Assembly: GCF_018977255.1 (NCBI RefSeq)
Contig: NW_024704752.1
Coordinates: 14,942,001 to 15,006,000 of the forward strand
Length of the DNA: 64,000 nt
Direction of reading: 5' to 3'
Source of the DNA: Callorhinchus milii
Lineage: Eukaryota
Part shown: piece after piece, positions 36,702-49,314 of the stretch
How positions within the stretch are numbered: the stretch's first letter is position 1
How the letters are laid out: every line of letters starts with the position of its first letter
The notes under the pieces: model-generated
Database searches by the model: none
What the model was told of the DNA's origin: nothing
Seen by the model: the letters and a program-made list of their open reading frames with translations, nothing else
Program-made: the position numbers and the translations under genes

Positions 36702-39700
36702 AATACAATCTTACCCTTAAATATATTTCAAAATATGACATTTATATTAACAGTCAGGTTAATATATATATTAACAGATGGTGCAAAATCATCCTATACC
36801 AATTATATGAATTTGTATGTAAGGTATATTTGCCTGGGTACCCATACTATGGCCTCTCATATGGTGAGAATGGAAAAATGTGGAGGAAATAATTTCTCAT
36901 GATGGCGTAAAATTATAAATCCCAAATAAACAATAAATATATTTGTTCAATGTTACTTCACTTGGCATTTGTCAAATAATTGGATTAACTTCTTTCAGTG
37001 CATGCTTTTATAGTATTTGAAAACAATAGTTGAATTTTAGTAACCGTACGACAGCAAATTTTCCTTTCTTGTCTAGATGGCCAGATAACTTAATACATTC
37101 ATATCTCTGTGAAATATTTAGTACATAACCACAGTAATTATTCTGGCAACAATGTTCAAAATATTTTCTGAGATAAATGTTAACTTGAAAAAAAGAAAAT
37201 ATTGATTGCCATTTTTATATATTAACTGTTTATGCTGGAATTATTAATGCTTATTGTTTGTGTGATGTGCTGAATTCATTTATAGAAGCTTAAGGTATTG
37301 AATAGTGTTCTTTCCAATTCTACACATTCAGGAGGATTTAAATAGACTTGAAAGATTTGCTTTTAAGATATTCTTCAATTAATAATAAATGTTTCATTTG
37401 TTAGCTGGCTTTCATGTCCGGATAATATCTCAAAGCATTTCACAGGATTTATTGGAAAGTGTAGTCACTGTGTATATGGTCAATTACCAACAGAGTCAGA
37501 ACAATCTCTGAACTGCCTTCACAAGTCAACAACTTAAAGAGATCCTGTGCTTTGTTGAGGTAATATTAGCCACACAAGATTTTGATTATATAGCTTTGTT
37601 ATGATTAATCAGATCTACAATATTATTGTCAATTCATTATGATATACATAATATATTAGACTTGTTGACTAATATATCAGGTCTCAGTTCAAGTCTTTGA
37701 AATTTCACAATAAACTCCTACCAATGTGACTACACAGCTGAACTGATATCTGTAGCCATTTCACTTACTTCATAGGTAGAGTGGGATGGGATTGTGGGGG
37801 GATTTGAAAATCAGTACAGGGAATCTCATTCCTCCGATGAAGATTGGTAGGGATTGGGGCAAATGGTGTGTCGAGCATTGTGCGAGAAAGAAATTGGAGA
37901 ATTCTCGAGCTGTTTAAACTTTTGGAGTGTTGGAGCTGGGGACAGTATTGAAGTTTATCCTAGCCATGATAAAGGCATAGAAAAGTGTTTAAGCAGGCAT
38001 GGGGATGAAGAAAAGATAAAGGTAGCAAAGATCCAAAGGTGGAAGAAAGCAGCCGAGTTATAGACAGGATGTAGTATTTGAAACTCAGTTTGGGATAAAG
38101 CAGAATGTCAAACTTTGACACTACTTCCTTCAGCATCGGGTAATGCAGGAATATCCCATATTTAATAGAGAATTAAACAAGAATTCACCTCGCAAGTGAG
38201 AGACCTGGGTTTGATTCCCGGGCAGGGCAAAACGTTGGGCAAGTTTCCTTACTCCGCACACCTCTGTTTACCTAACAGTAAGTAGGAACCCGGTTGTTAG
38301 TCGATTGGTGGATCATTTTATTATTTATTATTATTATAAATTCCATTTGCTAACCACATAATACAATATACATTTATATCATGCCTTTTACGTCAGGGGG
38401 TCATCCCAAAGTGCACAACCGTCTGCAAAAATTGTCTTAACTTTTTGCCTTGTTCTTTTGGAAATTACCTCGAAGCTACATCATCTCATTATTCACACAC
38501 TGACCAGTTCAAATAATTTCGCGCTGTTTGCTTCATGCAGATGTGGACATGTATTCAGAACTGACTGAAGGGAAGTAAGCAGAGGGTCTTTGTTAGGGGA
38601 GCTAGGTCAAAATGTAGTGTTTGAAACTCAGTTTAGGAATAACAAAGTTATATGGGTGGCTCAGAAGTCTGTCCTGTCCTAATCCTTCTGTTCCTTATGT
38701 ATATGAATAACCTGGATTTGTAGACCCAGTGTAACTTAGATAATTTGCAGACCACACCAAGTTAGAGGAAACTATGCAATCAGAGGAAGTAGCAAATGTC
38801 TTGCAAGGAGAGCTTGGGGGCTACGATAAGCACATTGGGTTGATAACAGACAAATGAGGTTTAAACCTGATAAATGCAAGATACAACATATAGAAAGTAA
38901 AGAATAGGAAATCACATGTTTTCCATGAATGCGATAGAACTTGTCACAGGAGAAAATGAAAGAGATTTTAAGGGTGTGAAATGACTCATTACTCACTATA
39001 TCAAAATAGTATTAGGCAGCAATAAACAAAGTAAACAGAATACTGAGTTATATCGTCACATCAGTTCAGATCCTCAGAAGTCTTAATCGCGCAGTCTGAT
39101 TAGGACAAATCTAGAGTATTGCATACAGTTCTGCATACTGTGACATAAAAGTGTTTCCCAGGATATCGAGGCACAACAGAGGAATTGTTGACTGCAATGA
39201 GTCAATTGTGTATTTATTTCTATTTAATTTAAATTAAGTTGTTGCTGAAGCTCGATTCAATCTCAGCCAAATGAGGCCTGACCCAAGCTGGAGCCACTCC
39301 TGCATTAGCTGCTCTCATATTAGACCAAAGAGTGGACTGAAAATGTATGTATGTCTGCCTCTTCCATAAAGTGGGGAGCAGTAGAGAGTGATGGAATGGC
39401 TCACCATCCTGTAGATAAATGATTAGCCCATATGTATAACTGCTACTTGTAAACACAGGAAGAAAAAACCCCCGGAGGGAACACCTCGGTACCTCCACCG
39501 AAATGAAGGTACCCTCGGGTGGTCCATGAACCTATCAGCTCCATCCGTGTTTGGTTTCACTGGCTCCCCATCCTCCAGCGGATTGAATTCAGGATCATTG
39601 TCCTTGAATTCAAAGCACTCGATGACCTTGCCACACCATATCTCTGTGACTTCCTGTAACCCTATCACTCAAACCACTCCCTCAGTGAATATTGGCTTGC

Positions 39701-40269
39701 TTTATGTCTTCTGTCCAATCTGCCCCTGGTATCTGGAACTCAATCCCAGGGTCCCTCTGTCTCATCCCTCCCTCCCCATTTTTACAGCCGCCTGAGGGCA
39801 TTACTTTTCCACTGTGCTTTTGGTAATCTTCTCCCCCTCCCCCCCTTCCTGGCCCAACTCAAGCTCCCAATCAGCTAAATAAATATAATTGTTGTTAATA
39901 GAGAAATATTTGTGGGTGAGCCTTCAATTCATGCAGGAACACTGCATTTTTTGAAAAGCAATTGCTTTACTTAGCAGACAGATCAAATGCTAAATGTGAT
40001 AATTCCAAACTAAGACCAGAAAGTAATTAAGGTGTGTCTTATTATAATGGAAGTAACTTTCATTAACAAAAAAGCTATGCTGGAGAAGGTAGCAATCTTC
40101 TGTGAAACAACAACAATTTACATTTGTAAATCAGAAGGGGTTGAGGGCAGGGAAGGCAGGTACAGGATGATAACCGAAGGTGTAGTCGAAGAGGTGGGTC
40201 TTGAGATGTGTCTTCAAACAGGAAAGGGAAGGAACAAGGCGAAAGGACTGTGGATTGAAGCTGAAGGTC

Positions 40270-41550
40270 ACTAACATGGTGGATAAGAGAACGTATATGG
40301 ATGTTGTCTACATGGACTTCCAGAAGGCATTTGATGTGGTTCCGCACAAGAGTCTCTTAGCAAAACTAAAAGGGCATGGAAGTGGAGGTTACCTTGTAAT
40401 GTGGCTTGGGAATTGGTTGGGAGGCAGGGATCAGAGACTAGTACTAAAAGGAACGTTCTCTGATTGGCCAAACATGATACACAGTGTTCCCCAGTGGTTT
40501 GTACTGGGGTCTCAGTTTTTCATCATATATACACACACACATTTATATATGTTATTGGATGAAGGAATAGAGAGTTTTATATCCAAATTTACAGATGACA
40601 AAGTGTTAGAAGGCACCATAAATTGTGTAGATGGGAGCAGGAAGATACAAAAGGACTTAGACAGATTCAGTGAGTGGGCAAAACTGTGGCAGATGGAATT
40701 CAATGTGGGATAGTGTGAGGTCATGCTTTATGGATCCAAAAATAGCCCAACAGAATATTTTCTAAATGGTGAGAAATTAAGAACTGTGGCAGACCAAAGG
40801 ATTTGGGTGTCCACAACAACAACAACATTACATTTGTATAGCGCCTTTCACATCGGGAGGACGTCCCACATACACAAATCACTAAAAACAAGCTCACAAG
40901 TACAACAAGTTATCATCAAAAAGACTAATGGGATGTTGGCCTTTACTCAAGGGGGCTGGAATATAAAGGAGAGGAAATTATGCTTCAACTATATAGAGCA
41001 TTGGTCAGACCCCATCTGGAGTACTGCATTCAGTTTTGGGTCAGCACCTGAGGAGGGATATATTGGCTCTGGAGGGGTGCTATGCAGATTCACCAGAATG
41101 ATACCAGGGCTTCAAGGGCTAAATTATGAGGACAGGTTGCATAAATTTGGTCTCTATTCTCTTGAGTTTAGAAAGTTGAGGGATGATCCGATTGAGGTTT
41201 TTAAAATAACAAAGGAAATCGATAGGACAGATACAGAGAGGCTATTTCCTTTGATTGGGGAATCCAGAACAAGGGGGCATAATCTTAATATTAGATCTAG
41301 GCCATTTAGGAGTGAAATTAGGAGTCAGTTTTTCACCCAAAGGCTAGTGGAAATCTAGGACTCTCTCCCCCCAAAAGCTGTGGAAGCTGAATCTGTTCAC
41401 ATTTTCAAGACTGAGGTGAATAGCTATTTGTTAGGTCAGGGTATTAAGGGATTCAGGGCAAGGGCGGGTAATTGGACTTGAGGTACAGATCAGCCATGAT
41501 CTTATACAATGAGTCTGCTGAATGGCCAACTCCTGTTTCTATGTTTCTAT
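40270..41550 (+). mobile_element. CR1 LINE RT-to-3'UTR fragment
   Basis: DVVYMDFQKAFDVVPH...VPQWFVLG...ISKFTDD...WQMEFN...SRTRGHNL, with frameshifts and stops. Confidence 0.9.
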
Positions 41551-42040
41551 AATTAGGTAAGCAGGAAGCATCCCTTTAGGGAGAGGATGTGCATTCCATT
41601 CCAACAATCCATCTCTCGAATCTCCAGGTGTGTGGGATGCAGGGAGTTCTCAGTTTGGTTTGGATGCTTTTAAGCACGTGATGGGTTTCCACTTGGTCCA
41701 GCTGTCAAACAAAATCTGCAGAAAAAAGGCACATAAGGAATAGTACTGTACTTCTGTGATCAGGATTGGTGAGCACACCAGAGAACAGTTTGAAGATTTT
41801 GAGTCTTGTTTACTCGAGTCAATTAGAGGAAATGACTCTAAACAGCAAATTACAGTATCTGCCTGAACAAAGTGTGATTGATATTCACAATTAACGTATC
41901 AACTAGTATGCAGGATTGTGACTGTAATCTGCACTATCATTTGATTGGCAGTGAAAACTCTATTAACTTCCTGGAGTATGACACAGGGGCTTTCCATGAG
42001 CTGTTGCTACTTCATTTTGTTCTGGTTTTCGATCGACAAG

Positions 42041-45000
42041 ATGTCAACACAAGGGCAGCAAACAGAAAAACAATACGACCCAAATGATCAGACTCTGAAA
42101 TTTGTGAAAGGGAAGGATGAAATTACAGGTAACTTTATTAGCCTCAAGAGCAGAAGTAGTTCTCTCGATTAAGTGCAGAATGGTTATGTTTTAAGTAACC
42201 TTTAGAATAATATCCTATCATTTGCTTACCTTTATAGTTGCAAGAGAAACAATCATGGATACATATACAAAGATAGAAAAGTTAATTTAGATTGTTTGTA
42301 AGGACATTCGCAGTAGGCTTTTTGCATTACTATCACTTTTGATCTCCACTTATTTATCTATAAAATAGACTATGAGGCAAAATGCGCAACAATTTTCAAA
42401 GGTAATGGTCACAACTTTGGCAACAATCTTGAAAGGAGACAAGAATAGCTATGACAAAATCCAGTTCAGTCACAGCTTTTTGACTTAAATAGTTTTGCCT
42501 GTTTGTCAGGATTGCAATTAATACAGGAATCATTTTAGACATAGAAGTTAATGTTTAATAAAGCTCAGAAGCTCAAAGTCCCAGTAATTGACAAATATTT
42601 TTTCCCAGCACTGTTTGGAATCTGAAATGTGGCTCTTATTTTCCTCCATTTCAGGAGATGACGACCCTAATACTTTAAGAGCAGAAATGTCCTGTGGACA
42701 TGCAGTGGATCCAAATTCGCTCACTGCTTGGTGCCGAAGCCTTCTAGATCGGGTAAGCATTTTTAAACAATAATTGACTCATGTAAAACTACAACAACAA
42801 CAACTTGCATTCATATAGCGTCCTTCATGTGGGTAGTGTCCCGGAGCAGTTATAAGTGGCGGAGTCTGACACCGAGCCAGGGGGAGAGGGAGTGGGGAGG
42901 TGACCATACGCATGATAAAAAGGGAAAGTCTTTAGGCAGAATTTGAAAGTGGGGAGGGAGGGGGCAAAGCATAGGGATTGGGGGAGAGAGTTCCAGAGTT
43001 TCGGGATGTAGTGACTGTAAGCACGGCCGCAGTTGATGGAGCGGAGGGAGCGAGGGACGAACAGGAGGCCGGAGTCAAGCGAGCGGGGCAGTGGGTGGTG
43101 GAGCCTCGGGGGTGAGCAAGTCGGAAAGGTAGCGAGGTGCGAGGGCATGAAGGGAATATGAAAACAAGACAGAGGATCTTGAAGTCGATCCGTTTGGAAA
43201 TTGGGAGCCAGTGCAACCTGGCAAGGCTGGTGTGATGGGGGTCCGGTATTTTGTGCGGGATACTATATGGGCGGCGGAGTTCTGAATTAACTGTATTTTA
43301 TGTATGGTGGAACTTGGGACGCCAGCAAGGAGGCCATTTGAAAAGTCCAGCTGGTAACTGACAAAGGCATGGATGAGCGAGTTGACTACTGTGGGTACAG
43401 ACAGAGGCAGGCAATGTGTCGGAATGCTCGATGGCTAGCATTAGATTTTATGCTAGATTGAGATCAGTTTTCTTGCTTATATGTGCTATCACAATACTGC
43501 AAGTAGGTTTCACCTCTTAAAATTCTGTCATTATGTATTTGTATTATCATTTATAAAGGAGGTGAATGGAGGCATTAAAATAGACACCGTTTCCCCAAAA
43601 TTGTGCTAATGATACATTGAGAAAGTTAGTTTTTTTTAATGTATATAGGATGGCATAGGTCACTTCCAAAAACCAAAACTTGCACCATAGATTTAACAAA
43701 ACAAGGTGTATTTTAACAAGAAAGTTCTACCTCTATTCATGCATCTTCTCCAGACTCATGTCTCACATTCCCAAGCCAATGCCTTTATATTGGTGCCCAA
43801 TTGTCCCTTAGTGCTGGTGCCCAGTTATCACGTCCAGCCCAGGTTAGCTCCCTTTGCATGTAAGTTGATAAACATAAAATAATCATAAAAGGCAGTGACA
43901 GATTTATCCCCTTGTCACAATGTAACATAAGTTAGGTTTTACCTGGAACCTTTTCTGCTGAAGGCACTCTCTAGTCTGTCTCATATATTATTCCATTATT
44001 ACATCCAAGTAGCCATTCTCCAAGTGCAGGTCTTCTCAGTGAATCTTGCCATGTTATTTGGGGCTTAAACCACAACTATGTAACCCAGAGGCAAGCGGCC
44101 TACCAGTTACACCAGTTGATATCATAGATCAGCTATCTCAGCCCAGAACATCAGACTTTCTATGATTTTATGGTTTACTTTCACTGAACCAATACTTTAT
44201 TAAATAACTTATCACATGTAATAATAATAATGATAATAATCCTCGCTTGTTCTAGATGTCTCAACTCGCTTCACAGAATAGACTGTAAAGCGAATTGACT
44301 ATATTTGTGGGCAAAAATGAATATTGCATTTATTCTTTGAACTGCAGGGTCAATATAAGTTCTTCTGTCCAGCACTGAAGAATGGAACTACATCAAAATG
44401 TGAGAAGAATGGCCATATCAGGAAGTTCGCAAATTGGCTGTACTGAGCTGTGAAGAACAATTATATTTTGAGGAAACAGTTGCTCAACTGGCTGCCGCTG
44501 AATATTGTGAATATAAATCAGTAGGTTTCAAGGGGAGACTTTTGAACAGTAATATACAATAGATGCCAAAAATGAAAATAATAAGCATGTACATTAAGTA
44601 AGGGCCAAGATCATTCTTTTAAAATACTGTATTTGAGGTATTTAAAGAACTGATAATACAATACCCAATTCTATGTTACTTGTTTAAAGTGGTAATGTGG
44701 TCGCATCTATTAAGTTTCAAAGAACGACTAAGTATATAAAAAATCAAATGATCCTCAATGCTATTGCAAAATAAGGTACTGTTGAACATGAAATTCACTA
44801 AATACCTTTCTATTTTTCTTGTCAGTGCCCAGGATGTAAAACGTTTGTCGAACGCTGTGATCTGACAAATCTGAATGTCAGATGCAGCATCTGTACCACA
44901 GAGAGAGGAAGTGTCTATGACTTCTGTTGGCAATGCATGAACACGTGGAAGGGACATGGCCCACGATCTGATCGGTGTGACAATGAAGGCTGCATCAACC

Positions 45001-45287
45001 AAGAACTCGAAATACTAAAGGACTGTCCGTTAATGAACTTACCAGAAACAGAAGTGAAACAATGCCCTTCCATTCGTGCTTGCCCAACCTGTGGCAAACT
45101 TATTGAACATAACCAAACTGGATGTAAAAATATAATATGTATCAGATGTCATGTTGAATTTTGCTTTGCCTGTCTAGAGGTTACCACTGAATGCCTGAAG
45201 AACAAACCAGATTCATGGTTTGATGTCTGTGCCAAGGCGATTGCACCAAGGCAAATATCAATTCCAACCTGGAATCGACATGGATGA
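42041..45287 (+). pseudogene. RBR-type E3 ligase copy 2, frameshifted as assembled; exons 42041-42128, 42655-42752, 44348-44520, 44826-45287
   Basis: Same structure as copy 1, but exon 3 is 173 nt (1-nt deletion at ~44402, tgtgagaagaatgg vs tgtggagcagaatgg), giving an early TGA. Could be a sequencing error. Confidence 0.7.
42790..43400 (-). mobile_element. L2 LINE 3' fragment in intron 2 of RBR copy 2 only
   Basis: LHWLPISKRIDFKIL...GRAYSHYIPKLWNSLP; (TTG)n tail. Confidence 0.85.
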
Positions 45288-46854
45288 AATATCAAACTTA
45301 CCCTTAAATATATATGAAAATATGACAGTTATATTAACATTCAAGTTATATAAATGGTGCATATATTAACAGATGGTGAAAAATCATCCAAGCCCAATTA
45401 TGTGAATTTATATATAAGGTATATTTGCCTGGGTACCATTACCATGGCCTCTCCTATGGCGAGAATGAAAAAATGTGGAGAAAATAATTTCTCATAATGG
45501 GGTAAAATTCAAAATTCAAGATAAACAACAAATATATTTGTTCAATGTTACTTCATTTGGCATTAGTCAAACAACAGGATTAACTTCTTTCAGTGCATGC
45601 TTTTATAGTAATTGAAAACAATAGTTGAATATTACTAACCGTATGACAGCTAACTTATGTGAATTAGGCAAATTTTCCTTTCTTGTCTAGATGGCCAGAT
45701 AACTTAGTACATTCATATCTATGTGAAAGATTTAGTGCATAACCACAGTAATTATTCTAAACATCAATGTTGAAAATTTTCTGAGATAAATGTTAACTTG
45801 AAAACTAGAAATAAATGATTGACATTTTTATATATTAACTGCTTATGTTGGAATTATTGATTCTAATTGTCTGTGCTGAATTCATTTATAGAAGCGTTCT
45901 TTCCAATTCTACACATTCAGGAGGATTCCAACAGACTTGAAAGATTTGCTTTTAAGATATTCTTCAATTATTAATAAATGTTTCATTTGTTAGCTGGCTT
46001 TCATGTCCGGATAACATCTCAAAGCATTTCACAGGATTTATTAGAAAGTGTAGTCACTGTGTATATGGTCAATTACCAACAGAGTCAGAACAATCTCTGA
46101 ACTGCCTTCACAAGTCAACAACTTAAAGAGATCCTGTGCTTTGTTGAGCTAATACTAGCCACACAAGATTTTGATTATATAGCTTTGTTATAATTAATCA
46201 GATCTACAATATTATTGTCAATTCATTATGATATACATAATAAAATGGACTTGTTGACTAATATATCAGGTCTCAGTTCAAGTCTTTGAAATTTCACAAT
46301 AAACTCCTACCAATGTGACTACACAGCTGAACTGATATCTGTAGTCATTTCACTTACTTCATAGGTAGAGTGGGATAGGATTGTGGGGGGATTTGAAAAT
46401 CAGTACAAGGAATCTCATTCCTCCGATAAAGATTGGTAGGGATTGGGGCAAATGGTGTGTCGAGCATTGTGCGAGAAAGAAATTGGAGAATTCTCGAGCT
46501 GTTTAAACCCTTGGAAAGTCAAAAAAAATCTGCAGAAAAAAGGTACATAAGGAATAGTACTGTACTTCTGTGATCAGGATTGGTGAGCACACCAGAGAAC
46601 AGTTTGAAGATTTTGAGTCTTGTTTACTCGAGTCAATTAGAGGAAATGACTCTAAACAGCAAATTATAGTATCTGCCTGAACAAAGTGTGATTGATATTC
46701 ACAAATAACATATCATCTAGTATGCAGGATTGTGACTGTAATCTGCACTATCATTTGATTGGCAGTGAAAACTCTATTAACTTCCTGGAGTATGACACAG
46801 GGGCTTTCCATGAGCTGTTGCTACTTCATTTTGTTCTGATTTTCGATCGACAAG

Positions 46855-49314
46855 ATGTCAACACAAGGGCAGCAAACAGAAAAACAATACGACCCAAATG
46901 ATCAGACTCTGAAATTTGTGAAAGGGAAGGATGAAATTACAGGTAACTTTATTAGCCTCAAGAGCAGAAGTAGTTCTCTCGATTAAGTGCAGAATTGTTG
47001 TGTTTTAAGTAACCTGTAGAATAATATCCTATCATTTGCTTATCTGTATAGTTGCAAGAGAAACAATCATCGATACATATACAAAGATAGAAAAGTTAAT
47101 TTAGATTGTTTGTGAGGACATTCGCAGTAGGCTTTTTTCATTACTATCACTTTTGATCTCCACTTATTTATCTACAAAATAGACTATGAGGCAAAATGCG
47201 CAACAATTTTCAAAGATAATGTTCACAACTTTGGCAACAATCTTGAAAGGAGACAAGGATAGCTATGACAACATCCAGTTCAGTCACAGCTTTTTGACTT
47301 AATTAGTTTTGCCTGTTTGTCAGGATTGCAATTAATACAGGAATCATTTTAGACATAGAAGCCAATGTTTAATAAAGCTCAGAAGCTCAAAGTCCCAGTA
47401 ATTGACAAATACTTTTTCCCAGCACTGTTTGGAATCTGAAATGTGGCTCTTAATTTATTCTATTTTAGGAGATGACGACCCTAATATTTTAAGAGCAGAA
47501 ATGTCCTGTGGACATGCAGTGGATCCAAATTCGCTCACTGCTTGGTGCCGAAGTCTTCTAGATCAGGTAAGCTATCTTAAAATATAATTGAATCATGTAA
47601 AATCAAAGGAGCTATATCAGTTATCTGAAAAAAAAATTGATTTTAATGCTAGAATGAAATCAGTTTTTGTGTTTATATGTGCTATCACAATACTGCATAA
47701 AGATAGGTTTCACCGCTTACGATTCTGTCGTTATGTATTTGTGCAAATAAATGGTATTGCATATTCATCAATAAAGGAAGTGCCCCCAAATTGCACTAAT
47801 GATACATTGAAAAAGTTAGNTTTTTTAATGTATGTAGGATGGCATAGGACACTTCCGAAAACCAAAACTTGCACCATAGATTTAACAAAAAAAGGTGTAT
47901 TTTAACAAGGAAGTTCTACCTCTATACATCCATCTTTTCCAGACTCACCTTTCACACTCCCAATATACAATACACCTTTATATTGGTGCTCAATTATTCC
48001 TTAATGGTGGTGCCCAGTTATCACGTCCAGCCTTTGTTAGCTACCTTTACACGTAGGTTAATTGCCAAAAATCATAAAAGGCAGTGGCAAGTTTATTCCC
48101 CTGTCACAATGCAACGTACGTTGGGTTTTACCTGGAACCTTTTTTCCTGAAGGCTTATTAGTGAATCTTGCCATGTTATTTGGGGTTTAAACCCACAACT
48201 ATATAACCCAGAGGCAAGAGGCCTACCAGTTGCACCAGTTGATATCATAGATCAGCTAACTCAGCTCAGAACCTCAGACATTCTACGACTCTATGGTTTA
48301 CTTTCCCTGAACCAATACTTTATTAAATAAGTTATCACATGTATTTTGTATTTATTCTTTGAACCGCAGGGTCAGTATAAGTTCTTCTGTCCAGCAGCAG
48401 TGAAGGATGGAACGACATCAAAATGTGGAGCAGAATGGTCATATCAGGAAGTTCGCAAATTGGCTGTACTGACCTGTGAAGAACAATTATATTTTGAGGA
48501 AACAGTTGCTCAACTGGCTGCCGCTGAATATTGTGAATATAAATCAGTAGGTTTCAAGGGGAGACTTTTGAACAGTAATATACAATAGATGCCAAAAATG
48601 AAAATAATAAGCATGTACGTTAAGTAAGGGCCATAGATTATTCTTTTAAATTACTGTATTTGAGGTATTTAAAGAATTGATAATAAAATACGCAATTCTA
48701 TGTTACTTGTTTAAAGTGGTAATGTGGTCGCATCTATTAAATTTCAAAGAACGACTAATTATATGAAAAATCAAATGATCCTCAATGCTATTGCAAAATA
48801 AGGTACTGTTGAACATGAAATTCACTAAATACCTTTCTATTTTTCTTGTCAGTGCCCAGGATGTAAAACGTTTGTCGAACGCTGTGATCTGACAAATCTG
48901 AGTGTCAGATGCAGCATCTGTACCACAGAGAGAGGAAGAGTCTATGACTTCTGTTGGCAATGCCTGAACACGTGGAAGGGACAAGCCCCACGATCTGATC
49001 GGTGTGACAATGAAGGCTGCATCAACCAAGAACTCGAAATACTAAAGTACTGTCTGTTAATGAACTTACCAGAAACAAAAGTGAAACAATGTCCTTCCAC
49101 TCGTGCTTGCCCAACCTGTGGCAAACTTATTGAACATAGCCAAGTGGGATGTAAATATATGAACTGTACCAGGTGTCATGTTGAATTTTGCTTTGCCTGT
49201 CTGGAGCTTAAAATCGAATGCCAAAAAAGCAGACCAGCTTCATGGTTTGATGTCTGTGCTAAAGGGATTGCACCAAGGCAAACATCAATTCCAACCTGGA
49301 ATCGACATGGATGA
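46855..49314 (+). CDS. RBR-type E3 ligase copy 3, 274 aa; exons 46855-46942, 47469-47566, 48370-48546, 48853-49314
   Basis: Intact frame; RING2 CPTCGKLIEHSQVGCKYMNCTRCHVEFCFACL; 3-nt insertion in exon 3 relative to copy 1. Confidence 0.9.
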
